DNA of 62,278 nt, the filler included, from Hausera hauseri (taxonomy: Eukaryota), in NCBI GenBank assembly GCA_046269625.1. It is 12 parts of 12 records of this genome, joined end to end, with 100 filler letters (N's around TTAATTAATTAA, not from the genome) between each part and the next. Parts side by side here need not be neighbours in the genome. Positions count along the whole stretch, not along the records: positions 31,822 to 38,228 come from JBJURY010103987.1; positions 38,329 to 44,349 come from JBJURY010152311.1; positions 44,450 to 50,719 come from JBJURY010118764.1; 9 more parts are not named here. One strand, 5' to 3'. The notes beneath the pieces were generated by a model. That model was given only the letters and a program-made list of their open reading frames with translations, had not been told where the DNA came from and did not search any database. The position numbers and the translations under genes were made by a program. Positions 37,805-50,819 of this stretch are shown here, piece after piece (the first letter of the stretch is position 1; each line of letters starts with the position of its first letter).

Positions 37805-39865
37805 TTCTAAATGAGAAACAAATTGAATTAAATGTTAAATGTCATACAAATATTATAAACGCATTTATAATTTAAATTAAAATTCACTTAAATCGCCGTA
37901 CCTTATACCGCTCCTTCTATGCTGGTGGTGGTTGTTGTGGTGGTGGTGGTAGTCTGAGGGCTTAACTTATTCAGCTACAAACATTTACAATTCTCAGAGT
38001 ATATTGAAAATGAAATTCAGAGATTGACGATGACATTTTGACCGGACATGTATTTGATGTACAGTTTTTATGTGAGCTCACAAAAAGGAGAATAATGAGA
38101 AGGCAAAATTATATTGAATTGATAGTCAGATCTCTGTTCGTAAAACGTATTGAGGATGAAATGAGACAAAAACGACAACGACAACGATGTATTAATTTCC
38201 TCATTGGACTTGTATTTTCCGTTTCATTNNNNNNNNNNNNNNNNNNNNNNNNNNNNNNNNNNNNNNNNNNNNTTAATTAATTAANNNNNNNNNNNNNNNN
38301 NNNNNNNNNNNNNNNNNNNNNNNNNNNNTGGTGAAACGTTTTTCATATTGTTAATCAGCATTATACTTTGTACGTTTTTTACACCTTATAAAAATCCATG
38401 TGTAACAGTTTCAAACTCACATGAATTTTTATAAGAAGTTGCCAAAAACGTTTTACCAACAAAATTCAAAAGAACGCAGTGATGGCTCAAAAATAAATAA
38501 TAAGAACATACTTTTTAGGATAGCAAAACACAATGGTTTACGTACAAAATGTTAAATAAATGTTGATAAAACTTCATTTTGTTCAAAGAGCTGGAAGAGA
38601 ATGTCAAAGTAACTATGGTAATCAAAACTGGAAATATTTTGGTTTACATAATTACACATCTCCAATAAAGTATTCGTACTAAATAGATAAAACATGAAAC
38701 ACATCGTTAAACAAAAGTAATGAAGGTGAAAACAATAAATTTATTTATTAATTAAAATATTTTGAAATGCATAAATCTTCGGAAAGCAAAGTAGGAATTC
38801 TAGTTTATTGATTGTTACGTGCAATTGAAACAATGCTTATGCATAGTGAGTCTATTCGGTGTTTTAATGAAAGACGAGTTTTCTACATTCCCGCCACAAG
38901 ATGAACACAAAAGATCTCGATACTCATCCAGAATTAATTTGTTTTTGAATAATGGTTGGAGTATCCGAACACTGACGCCATTTACGAATTTTCTCCACTC
39001 CCCGTTTCATCGTAATAGTAAAGCACGTTTGGCGACGAACTGAAATGGAATTGGCCAAGAAAGCATACAATCTAGTTAGTGGCCAACTATCTGGAAGCAG
39101 AATAAGTACCTAAAGCAAAAATTGAGCAATAATAAATAAAAAACAACGTTGCCAACACTACAAGATATTTCAATGTATGAGTAGTATAGAAACGTCGGTT
39201 CTGGATCACATCCCTGCCCCCCACTGTTCACAAAAAGAATGTGGATATAAAAAGTTAACAAGTGGCTTTGATCAATTTCCGTTCCTTTTTTCAACCAATA
39301 TTTTACAAATGTTAGATTTATAGGATATCGTTCATTTGATACAAAAGTACAATGTATTCGTCTAATTGCAATTGATATCGCTGATATTTCTTCGTTATTG
39401 TTACATTTTTGGGTTTTACACACGAACTGTTAAAGATTACCGGTAGAAATTAGACGAATATTTATTTGTTAGTCAGAAGACAAGTCAAATATAAATGGTC
39501 GAAAAAAGTCGACTATTTGTACCAATTTCAAAATTATTATTGGACAGGGGAATTGAAGAAGTGCGAAATGACAACATTTGACAGCACTCATTGAGATATT
39601 TCATATTTTATAGCAAAATTATTGTCATACTATTAATAAATATAAAATTTTGTACTTGCATAATTAATTTTCAACCAAAAACCTGACCAAAATTAAAACA
39701 AATTCCAAAGTTCGTGATAACTTGAATTAACTCAATGGTATTCGGGAGTAACTATAAGACACATACGAACTGTAAATTTGGGTATTTTATAACAAATAGT
39801 CACAGACGTACAAAAAATATGATGCTGATTAGTTAGAAAAAATTTCTGCCAACCAAGTCAAAATA

Positions 39866-41081
39866 TTACGTTGATTCATAAATAACTTCCGTTTTTTTCA
39901 GACATTTATTTCGCCCATCTTCCTGGAAGCTTATCAATTCCTTCCTTGTAAAATGTGGTTGGTTTGGACTGGAAGAAATTTTCGACAGCCTCACTGACTT
40001 GCTCTTCAGATTTCAAGGTTTTTCCATTCAAAAAGTTTTGTAAGGAACAAAAAAGGTGGTAGTCTGTCAGGGCAAGGTTCGATGAGTAAGGTGGGTGTGG
40101 TAAAACAGACCATCCAAGCTCACAAATTTTTTCTTGGGTCATCCTTGTTGTATGTGGTGGCGCATTGTCGTGTAAAAGAATGATGTTTTTGAGATTGACG
40201 AGTGCAGGACCCTTTTCGTTAAATTTCTTTCTCACTCTTGGCAGATGCTAAACGTATGTATCTGCAGTAATTGTTATATTTTACTCTAACAACTCGTGAT
40301 GAATTATACCACGACAATCCCATCATACGCAAAATAAAATATTATTCCATGGATGTTTGCTTTCGGATCTGGTAGGATGGTTGATCCTTATCAAGTCACT
40401 GTCTTTTGCGGACGATATTTTCATAAGTGACCCATTTTAATCGCCTATTATAATCCGATCTAGAAAAGCTCGATTCTTACCAGTGGGAGCAGATTTGTAG
40501 CGATTGACATGCGATCTTCTTTATTCCTTTCACTGAGATTGTGAAGTATCCATACTGCTAACTTGCCGACATTCCCTAATTTCTCCAGGTTGAGGCTGTA
40601 TTCAAAAGTGTGATGTATTCAACCTTTCTGCTATATCTCTTGTTGATTTACGTGGATTTTGCGCCAATATTGCCTTTAAAATATTGTCGTCAAGGTCGGA
40701 AGGACTACCCTCCCTCAGTTCAACTTTTAACTTCGTATCGCCAGAACGGAATTTGGCAAACAAATTTCTAACTGTCCGATCAGTTATTAATCCTTTATCG
40801 TATACACTGCATATTTTTTCAGCTGTCGAATTAGCACTATTGCATTGTTTAAATTCCCAAGGCATCACATGACGTATATGCTCTTTTCACTCTCCATTTC
40901 AGGGGCTATAGACAACAGTTTAATGCAACGTGCACTATACACAACAGTTGTTAGGCGACTACCTGAAACCTAGTTTATTTAGTGCAAGTAAAAACTTGTT
41001 TGTCCCAATGACTCATACTGGGTAGATACGAACAATAAATTCTGTCTGACTGCATCGGAAGTCATTTATAACTCGACTTAA
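39866..41081 (-). mobile_element. Mariner (DD34D, cecropia/Hsmar1-like), near full-length, decayed
   Basis: TIRs TTACGTTGATTCATAAATAACTTCCG / TTAAGTCGAGTTATAAATGACTTCCG. Motifs EFKQCNSA...ICSVY, FAKFRSGD, LHDNAPPH, HPPYSSNLALTDYHLF. Confidence 0.9.
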
Positions 41082-41949
41082 CAGTTTTAACCCTGTACCA
41101 TTGAACTAAAATATAAAATGGTTTGCATAAATATGCGTGTAATATATGACCTTTATATGTTTATTAGTTTATTAAACAAAATATTATATTTTGTGTATAT
41201 TTTTTGTTTCATATGGGAGAAGTACTTAATTTAGAAGTACCGATAATTAGATAGAAAGGAGCACATAAGATGAGACCTCCTCCAGGGACGAAGAAAAGAA
41301 GTGGCTCGCGGATGAGTCATGGGGTAGAAAAACCGATACACATAGGCACGATTAATATGGTGGAGATAGGAGACACAGTTGTGAAAGTGACACACACAAG
41401 CACATGTACTGCATAAATTCGAAGTAGTTTAAAAAATTTGAATTTGGTGCGAAAAAAATTTTTTTTTCTTTAAATTTTGGTGGTCGGGTATAAATATAGG
41501 TGTGCCAATAGCGTGGCGTTGTTTCAACAAATAGTACTAAAAATGGTATGTTCTTAATTCTGCTCTCCTAAATTATGTATATACTTAGAATTACAAAATA
41601 GATTTAGAAGCTGAAATTAAACGGCTCATAAATGAAATATGCAGTGGGAGAATTGATTGTGTCCAATTTCTAAATTAATTGGAGCAACAATACTTTCTAT
41701 CAAAGAAAGACTATGTAAAAATTGTTCTATCGACAAACATTAAAGAGGAATTTAGAGAAAGACAGAGAAATGTTTTATTTGTGTGCAGTATCCTTACTGG
41801 TGCATTTGTAATACTTTTATCTATATTTGTTCTATAATAAATGTCAATCTTTGTATGTTATAAATGTTCACAATACTAAAACAGTATTTACTCTGATTAA
41901 AATCCTTATTAACAAACACATTAAAGAATGAAATATTTATTGACATAAA

Positions 41950-43596
41950 ATATAACCACGCATTTGTACAATAATGTCCATATGACACACTTTTGTTTTT
42001 GTCAATCAACTGTCGTTTGTTGTCGAAAGGATCCAATGCTTTCTTTTTTGAGTTTATTATCATAAGCTGATGGTTTTTAGTCTCCATTCGCTCCTGGTCA
42101 ACCATGGTCTCACAATCGGTTTTATAAGCCTGTAGGTAGCTGTCGAACTGCAAGTCTGTCTGCTTGCGATTGATCCCTTTGCATTTGAGGATTGGTTGCT
42201 TCGAGTTATGAAAGCATAGGATTTGGGCCGTAGGAAAATGGTCTCTTGATACTGAACGCTGCCCTTACTCTCGTCTTTAAATTTGCCTATGACAGCTGCG
42301 AAACGAGTTGAGTAGATGGATCACTTTTTTCATAGTTCCAAGTGTTCAATTGCTCGTTTGCTATCATTTCCGGTAAAAGTTGTGGTCTCAAATCAACACT
42401 ACACCATTCGATGAAAAAACTGTCTGTGTTAGCGGCAACGATATTAATTTTACAATTAAACTGTTGCCTATATGTCTCCAACTCGATATAATTCAGTTCA
42501 TACATGCGCAACTTGGACAGATCAAGTACGGCCTGCCCGATTTACAAGGGCCTATCTAATCTAACCATAACTTTATCGAGGAACATGACAACCAGGTCAT
42601 CAGCCATTATAATGCTCTCTTTAAACTTTGCCTTGCTGGTATATGTAATAAGCTTCTTAGAATTATTACATAGTCTCAAGTTGTACCTTTTCAGAAGATT
42701 CTCAACAGTCTTGCCATATAAGCTGCTGTTTTAAGCTTAAAAAATCCTTTTCAAAAGCATTAATCGCTACAGCTCTTATAGAAGTAGTTATAACGATATA
42801 ATCCTTAATTACATAACCTTGGTTAAACTCAACAGATCGATAAACCTTTTCAACTACGGCGCCTAACTCGAGATATAACTGTAAGAGCCTATAATGAATA
42901 ACATAATTAGACTCATGTGTCAGCAACAATTTCGTTACTTTGGAACTATGAGGACATTGGTGTATTGGAACTATAGGCAGTTAATCCAATTTATCACGCT
43001 TGTCAGCCGGAATACTTAAAACAACCTCAAAAACTATGCATTGTTTTTCCTTAACAATGTCAACATAAGGCAATTGTTCAATAAGACTATTTAATTTTTC
43101 CACATCATAAATCCAAGTCAAATTCGCAAATGGAAAAGGTTGATAAAGCCCAGCCGTACAAATTATTTACATCTATATACAAGAGACTAGTGCTCTCATC
43201 AGTTATAATCCTATGCTTATTTACAAAAGTCATACCACCGCAAATACCAGATTGTAAGAACTGATACATTTCAGGATCCTGAATGAGCTCAATCTTACAT
43301 TGACTGGATTTCAGCGCTGTTCCCAACTTAATCCTGGAATGGAGACAAAGCTAGTAACCTCTAAACCATTTTGCAACTTAACCTCTTTTCTAAATCTCTC
43401 AAAAACATCACTTAACAAGTATACATCCAGTTTTATGTATACTAACATATAATCTAAAAAACAGTTACAACTATATCTCAACCAAGCCAATTGTGCTTCA
43501 CGATAATCGCTATCACTGACCCCATCCCATTTCGGTGGCAACTCCTTAATAGACTGAAAATCACTGAAAGATTTGTCTGCAGTATATGGAAAATAT
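41950..43596 (-). pseudogene. Second Polinton-type pPolB fragment (C-terminal half)
   Basis: IFPY, YIKLDVYLLSDVFERFR, GICGGMTFVNKH, LYIDVNNLYGWAL, NSLYGKTVENL, AANTDSFF, ALDPFDNKR...YGHY. Confidence 0.92.
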
Positions 43597-43644
43597 CAGA
43601 AGGAAAAGCCGATTCAGTAAATGGATAGCTGTTAAAATTGGAAG

Positions 43645-44298
43645 CTAAATGTGATGCAGCGTTGTCTTATCCAGTGAAGAATTGATATCGGTATTCTGCT
43701 TAAAGACATCTGCATCCAATCCGGGAAAATCGGCAATAGAATTAGACTGAGAGTTATTAAACGTTATCTGTCCGATTGAATCATCCTGATGGCTTGTACC
43801 TTGATATGGTATAGTCGAAATGATCTGAGACTTAAGCGAATCGTCAGAATACGAAGTAGATAACCGAGATTCCAAAAGATTAGTTTGATTTGAATTAACT
43901 ACAAATGCACTGTGAGTGCTTTTGTTGGGCAGGACTAAATTGAGATCGGTGATTTCCACAATCGGTAAAGTTGACAGTTTATCACGAACATTGTTGGAAA
44001 TTGATCTTAGATAAGGTTGAGGATCTTTTCCAATTAATTCTGGTACGAATGACATGTAACTTGTTGGAAGATTCAGAATACCAAAAAACCTCTTTTCTTG
44101 AGGTGTCAAGGACACATTATTTGTCGCTTTATTATTAGCTTGAGAATAATTTATGTTACCACAAGGCTTATACTGACTGGACCTTCCAGTTTTGCAATAG
44201 TAAATTCGTTTAAAAAAAGTTAGTGTCATCATCGTCATCAAATTCCAACAAAAATGAATGCACATCGAAATGACCAATTTTCCACGTTTCACTTTCAA
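43645..44298 (-). CDS. Hypothetical Ser/Asn-rich protein (exon fragment)
   Basis: 217-codon open frame; no recognised domain. Confidence 0.3.
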   Translation of the reverse strand: MKVKRGKLVISMCIHFCWNLMTMMTLTFFKRIYYCKTGRSSQYKPCGNINYSQANNKATNNVSLTPQEKRFFGILNLPTSYMSFVPELIGKDPQPYLRSISNNVRDKLSTLPIVEITDLNLVLPNKSTHSAFVVNSNQTNLLESRLSTSYSDDSLKSQIISTIPYQGTSHQDDSIGQITFNNSQSNSIADFPGLDADVFKQNTDINSSLDKTTLHHI

Positions 44299-46829
44299 TT
44301 AAAACTCGATGTGTGCCAAGACGATACGAATTAATCCGATTTAAATCGANNNNNNNNNNNNNNNNNNNNNNNNNNNNNNNNNNNNNNNNNNNNTTAATTA
44401 ATTAANNNNNNNNNNNNNNNNNNNNNNNNNNNNNNNNNNNNNNNNNNNNCTTCTTGAAACAAATCCCATTGCTTGACTAAATCAATATTTTCTAAATATT
44501 TGGCTTCATTTTTGAGATAAAATTCCATTAAATCAAATGAATAACTTAATCATGCAATTATAAGACAATAGGTTTTTGTAAAGACGGACGAACGGCAAAC
44601 ACACAAGTTTCTATTTATTCAAATTTTAAAACAAAAAAAGTTTTTTGAACAAATTACCCATTGGGTATTTTTGGTCACAACAAGGTATGGTGCTCACAGC
44701 TGCCGGTGCCCTTTGGCCCATTTTGTCGGGCACGGCCGGGCATCCCCTGCCGCCGCGTCGGGCCCATAGGCGGGCCCGATCTTCTGCCGCGAAATTTTAG
44801 TCTCTATCATACTCAAAACATTTGTACACAAAAATTATTAATTGTGAAATCATCAAAGAGACAATGAACGAAGCAAAAGCGATGACATCGCCGAGAGAAA
44901 GCCGAAACCAGTCTGTTAAATGCGCATCACTTTCTCTCAAACAATCTCATCAACATACTATCCGGTATTGCAGTCGAATACATCAATTGCAGCTCGAATT
45001 CTGGGTCAGGAACGCGGTTTGTAGCAGGTCACAACAATCACCACTATTAAGGATCGTCAAATCATTTTCAATCAACGCACTCCAATCGGTCGTCAAGAAT
45101 CAACATAAATTAAATCGTCAAACATCAATTCGAATCTCGACATGAATGATGTCACATCAAAATAACTCAAAACAATTCATTAGACCAAAATAAATAATCC
45201 AAATCATCCAATTCAGATTTCAGATATAATGTGAAACAATCATCAAGAATAACTAAAACAGAGAATAACTCATGCGTCAGACAGTCGCTATCTGTTTCGG
45301 ATTTCCAGAAAAACATTCGATGCAATCATAAACATCTTCACATTAAAGGAATGGAAAATATACGCTTGGATAAGAAAGGCACACGAACGAATCATAACCA
45401 TGTGACTGGACCTGTGTCCAAGTCATTAGATATGATTCACGGAATTCTATCCAAATTCACTGAAGCCATTGATAAAACTGACCAGAAAAAGAATTTCTAT
45501 CTCGAAGTTGCAGGAAAAATAAAAATTATGAAAAGCTATCTAGTCCACATCGATATCGTCATGACAGTAAAAAAATGCTAAATATTCTAATAGAGGGCAA
45601 TTTGGTAATAATAGAAACGATCGACGTGCAACCCCAATTCTACATCTAAAAAATGATAATTCTAAATCCCAGAGCGGTCTTTAAAATGGATTAAGTCCAA
45701 AATTCTGTCCATCCATTCGTAAATGTTTAAAAGGGACTAATGTCGATTATACCAGTTTTCAAAGGGAAATCATATTACGAGGGAAATCGCCTATTTATCA
45801 TAACAGCGAGATCAGTTCTAAATCACAAGAAGCGAACAATAGTCACAGAAAGCAAAGAAAACGAAAAAGAAGTTTAAACAGTATTCAAATTCCCGGTGTG
45901 TCCAGAGTTGTAGTAAGATCAAATATATTCCGAAAGGTCATCGAACATCCAGTTCTCCCATGAGATCTCATAAACAAAACAATAACGACTTGGAAGAATT
46001 TTACTCGATCTTTCCTCTTATTTATCGAAATTTTCAGACTTTACCAAAATGAACACCAGAAATATAAGTTTATGTTTTGCGTCAAATTTTTTTTGCAACT
46101 TCCAAAACGATGAAAGTTCAACATTCCCAATGTCACTGATCTACATTTTGTTCACTTAAAATTTCAACACGTCACACAGTTTAATGATTTGGAACCCCGT
46201 ATGATTTAACCTAGACTCCCTTGTCGATATCAGACTTGATGGATTGTTGATCTTTATATATATTTTGGTAATGATGAACCGAGTGTCGGATTTGTTGGCT
46301 TTTTCTTTTTATGACAGTTTTTTTAGTGTAAAAAACATTGTCGCGTTTGTTTTAATAATAAAAGATTCTAGCCCAAAATTTTAAAAAAGGTTATCGCCTC
46401 CACATTAGAATTTGAATTTTATACGTCGTTGTAAGAATTTGTTTTGTTATTTTTTTAACTTCAATTTGAATTTAATTCTATAATACGAACATTTTACAAT
46501 TTTGTTCGAATTTGATTTATCCACTTTTTTCTGAGAAGTTACGTCTCAACGTCGACTTAGGTGTCATTGAGTATTTTCAATTCGAACAATAATATAAAAT
46601 CTACTGATGATCGAAATGGATATACAAAGTTTTCATTTTGAGTAGAGTTGGACTACGTTACATCGTTTCTTTTTCCAGTAACGTTATGAAGAAAAAATCC
46701 ACGTCTGGATTCCGCTTATCAAATTAAAAGGGTTGATAAAGTGTCAAGATGACAACGGCAAGATGACAACGAAACGTTCTTTGATACAAACGAAAATCAT
46801 ATTAATCATTTAAATTCCCTTCTGTTTAG

Positions 46830-48720
46830 CAAATCGTTCCGAATATTTCTGCTGCAATTGGCAATTGCTGGAGCTTTCTATCCAAATTATTTCCTCCGAA
46901 CACATTACGTTTTTTGAAGAAAACGCTCAACGTCTCTTCGGCGGTCTCGATCGATTCCAATATGTGGAAGTGGGGAACCTACCCATGGACGAGGGTTATT
47001 TGTATCGGGACCGCATCGCATCTCATTTTAAAGAGAATCCAATCGTTGTCTGTCGTAATACTAAAGACATTATAAAGTTCCCTGACAATTTTTCCAATCC
47101 ATACAGTAACATGTTTCACTCCCAAAGCAACCGGACTGCCAATATCTAGGTCATTTTGGCCTCACGTGTGGGTCAACTGAGCAGTTGGAAACCAAAAATT
47201 TCGTTGTACGGGTTAACACACGAGAAGAATGAACTCAAACAACTAATCGATGCACAAATCATCCGAGAAAACAAATTGTTACCACTGAATTATAAATATC
47301 TTGCCGGACCGAAGAATCACGTCGGTTATCCATCAGTGGAATGTAACTACGTGAGGGTGTTCGTCACCCATACAAAGGAGTGCGGAATATTCTATGGTAT
47401 ATATAAGGACGATAAGGGGAAAGAACATGACTTATTTTCGGAGATCGCCAACTATGTATCGTCAAGAAAGAAACAAAAACTCAATTCATTGAAAATCGGT
47501 GACTGTTGTCTAGCACCGTTTGATAGTGAATTCTATCGCGCAGAAATCATTGGGAAAAAGGCTGATTTGATGACGGTGTACTTTGTCGACTACGGAAATA
47601 CGTACAGTGTACGATCTGTATATACGTATGAACTTCCGGAACGGATACTGAAGATTTGCCCCTTAGCCGTGAAATTTGCACTCAGTGAAATCAAACCAAG
47701 TGCTGCATGTCACAAAGACGACCCATGGACTAGTACGGATCGGGATGTTTTTCAAATATATAAACGCATACATAAATATACCACTTTGATGCAAAGTCTA
47801 TTTGGTTGTAGATAATGTCGTCCGAGTAAGAGTGTGCATGGTCGATCATAACAACCGAATACTCAATGAAGAACTCCTAATCATGGGAACTGCCGAGTAT
47901 GCTGAAGAAGGTTTTAGCAGTCAACAGGATAATATGCAGCGGGTCAAGTGTAGCAATAAACGACAAATAGATTCATTTTCCGGCGAAACAGTAATGTCGA
48001 AACCGAGATTCGTAAAAAACCTGGGACTGAACGATAGCGAATCGGACATTGACATTGATGATTTGGACGATGACATTGTCACGACAAATAAGTTGAATAC
48101 ACTGATGGAGTCAGTTAAACATAAACGATCTATTTAAACCGTTACGTTGAGCGCACCTCACCATCCATTCTTGATGAAATTCCACGGTGTAACGGAGTCT
48201 AGCAAACGACCTTTTAGCACTGCTCCCGATTCTGTCTGTTCTATTTTGATCGAACCAGAACGACAAATTCACTTGACTCGTTTGTTAGTAGCCGGTTGTG
48301 TCCAGTCGTGTACTGCCGGTGAAGAGGATAACGACTTAATGTTACGAAATTGTACTCTAATGCCATACATTCCCGGACTTCCGCTTATCATGGTCTTCAT
48401 TCTTACTCCATCCGCAAAAAACTTGTCACTGATTATCATCGCACCAGATACACCGGAGCCCGATTTGAACTCGGTGTTGACTCTGAGGGTTGACCTTTGC
48501 ATCCGTCCAACGTCATATATCCGTACTGACGTAAGATTTGACGACAGCGACAAAAGCATTAATGGCATTCGTGATCTACTGAACATGACACTCGGCAGCA
48601 CAACTTATTCTCAAGACGTCATGGAGAATTATCAGTCGGGCAAAGAAATTATTAGCCTCTGTTCTTGAAGCACAATCGAGATCTCGTCAACAATGAAATA
48701 GTCGGTGAGTACAGTCAGAG
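46830..48720 (+). pseudogene. spn-E: spindle-E/TDRD9 C-terminal half (Tudor and C-terminal region), disrupted
   Basis: LAIAGAFYPNYF, RLFGGLD...GYLY, Tudor IGDCCLAPFDSEFYRAEI...VYFVDYGN, VYLVVDNVVRV, DSVCSILIEP...RLLVAG, LRNCTLMPYIPGLPLIMVFILTP. In-frame stops at 47147 and 48135 plus at least 2 frameshifts; no evident introns. Confidence 0.87.
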
Positions 48721-48799
48721 TATGGCGTTCGCCGACATGGACCATTGCACAATTACATATAAAACGGATTTCAACAGAATTTTTATACCGCACATTTCC

Positions 48800-49235
48800 A
48801 TTGATGGTGTCCCAAGGAGTATCCGATGGATTCGTTCGCCGATTTTAGGCGATCCTCGCACAGAGCGAGCAAAAGCCGACTGGATCCGACGATTCCAGGA
48901 GGCAATCGATGATAATTTAAAAGATCTGAACGAGCCGATTCTAAGCAGGTTCCATCGAACTATGACTTCTCGAATGGCACGACCTGAAGAATTACCAGTC
49001 GTTGAAAATAAACAGAAACGAAGAAAGGACAACAAAACCATTGTGGCTAGCACGGTCATCAAACAAATCCAGGTGAATAAAATAAATACTACTTTCATAT
49101 TTGTTGCTGATAAAACCGTAATGCATATGTTTGCTAAATTTGGTTATGACCAGTGGAACATTGATTTAAAGCTCAGTCCGACTATGGTTGCCGGTTTCGA
49201 TACATTCCACACCAAGATTGGTAAGAAATCGGTTA
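48800..49235 (+). pseudogene. piwi: Piwi-subfamily Argonaute fragment (MID/PIWI junction with first catalytic Asp)
   Basis: FVADKTVMHMFAKFGYDQWNIDLKLSPTMVAGFDTFHTKIGKKSV aligns with the Piwi consensus SVATKIAIQMNCKLGGxxWxVxIPLxxxMIVGxDVYH...KSV. Ends abruptly at a GC-rich block. Confidence 0.7.
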
Positions 49236-49963
49236 CCCCGAAATTTGCGACCCGCCACGGTGATGCTGAAGCCCCGGCCGCCCACCCTATACTATTGGGT
49301 CAGACAGCACCCCTCGTTGCCGCCCCACGACACGCCCTCGGCCACACCACCTCTCCTTATTTCCTATTCATTTTCTTAAATAACAAACACATTTGCACAA
49401 ATTCAGCAACACATTTAAACACGGTGGCAATCTATAACTTCATCTCCACTATTCTTTGCATAAATGTCAACGCAAAAATGTCAAAATCATCATAGTCATT
49501 ATCATTGTAAATGCGTTCGTTTTTGTAAAAATCGTGAATTTTATTTTGTACAACGACGACGACGACGAACACACAAATTACCAGGAGCCCATAATTGACT
49601 ACTACTACTAACACGGAGAATGGTCGCGATCAAAAGTCACATTAATGGAAATATCATATTATTTCTCATGATTTGTTCGCTCTTTAGTCTAAAGTTCAAT
49701 CACGAAATATTGGACATTTGAAGTCAAGACTGTTGTTGTTGTTGTTTGGAAGCGCACTGTTTTCAAAATCAGCAATGTACTTCAATAAATTATGACCACT
49801 GACATAAAATATCATGGGACTTAGTTTATAGTCATTTTGAACATTTTGACAACCGAATATGGATCAATCGGTGAAAGTTCGTTTCTTTTACTTTTTCTTT
49901 ATATTACTATTTTATTAATTTTAAGATTTTATTAATTTTTATTTTTATTATTAATTTTTTTAA

Positions 49964-50340
49964 TGACGCAGTTTCAGACACTTGCATATTCGGACTCACC
50001 GTAATGAGTTGAGTCGGGAAAAATATTGGACTGACCCAGTTTCGTATATCTGCATATTCGGACTCACCGTAATGATTTGGGTCGGAAATTTTTGACTGAC
50101 AGTTTCGGACACCTGCATACTCGGACTCACCGCAATGACTTGGGTCGGAAAAAATTTTATTCTGAGCCGGTTCCAGACAAACACATTTCCCCACCTATCT
50201 GATTATAACAGATTTTTGAAAAAAAAATTGTGATCTAGTTTTCTGACAACACCATTTCCGCACCTATCTGACTATAACAAACATTTTTTGTTTGACCTAG
50301 TTTTTGGACAATACATTTTCCCACCTACCTCGCTATAATG
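49964..50340. repeat. Two juxtaposed tandem arrays: unit A (~65-68 bp x3) then unit B (~62-67 bp x3)
   Basis: A core CAGTTTC...TGCATAYTCGGACTCACCGYAATGA starts near 49964, 50032 and 50097. B core GACAA..CATTT..CACCTAYCT..CTATAA near 50170, 50237 and 50299. Confidence 0.9.
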
Positions 50341-50438
50341 ATCGTTTTGATTAACGAAAAAAAACAAAGTTTACATCAAACTTTTATTTTTATTTTATAT
50401 TTTGTACAAGTACTGCTACTGCTACTAAATCATTCGAG

Positions 50439-50719
50439 TCAATTTGGATTACACAAACCACAAGGATTAACTAATTCCGAAGAAGGAGAAGAAGAATGAT
50501 CGAGACAATCGGAATTAATCATATTGCAATATTGCTTCAAGAAAATTTCATCTTCTGACTGCCACGTAGAAATGTAATTCGTCTGATTACCAATACTACC
50601 TCGTTTGACAAAATCGTTCATAAATTGACGCACTTGACGAGTATTATCGTCCAACTTCGTCATTTTTCCATATGTGCAAAAAATCTTACGGAATAAAAAT
50701 TCCATATCACCAACAACCT
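50439..50719 (-). CDS. Terminal exon fragment, weakly carboxylesterase C-terminus-like
   Basis: GDMEFLF...FMNDFVKRG...W loosely resembles the carboxylesterase D-L-YLF...W.NFAKTG pattern; truncated by the spacer. Confidence 0.25.
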
Positions 50720-50819
50720 NNNNNNNNNNNNNNNNNNNNNNNNNNNNNNNNNNNNNNNNNNNNTTAATTAATTAANNNNNNNNNNNNNNNNNNNNNNNNN
50801 NNNNNNNNNNNNNNNNNNN

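Noticed and set aside
44758-44800. Helitron 3' end enclosing the spn-E/piwi fragments
   Set aside because: The hairpin is followed by TTAG rather than CTRR and, on the plus strand, would end before the cargo. Kept only as an unexplained GC hairpin.
45270-45400. DFQKtFD-like LINE reverse transcriptase motif
   Set aside because: Needs a frameshift, and no other RT motifs are nearby.
48269-49098. Minus-strand ORFs over spn-E/piwi, and similar antisense ORFs over transposon and EDEM2 sequence
   Set aside because: Shadow frames opposite recognisable coding sequence.
49907-50194. Repetitive ORFs 49907-50194 and 49996-50184
   Set aside because: They are translations of the tandem repeat, not genes.
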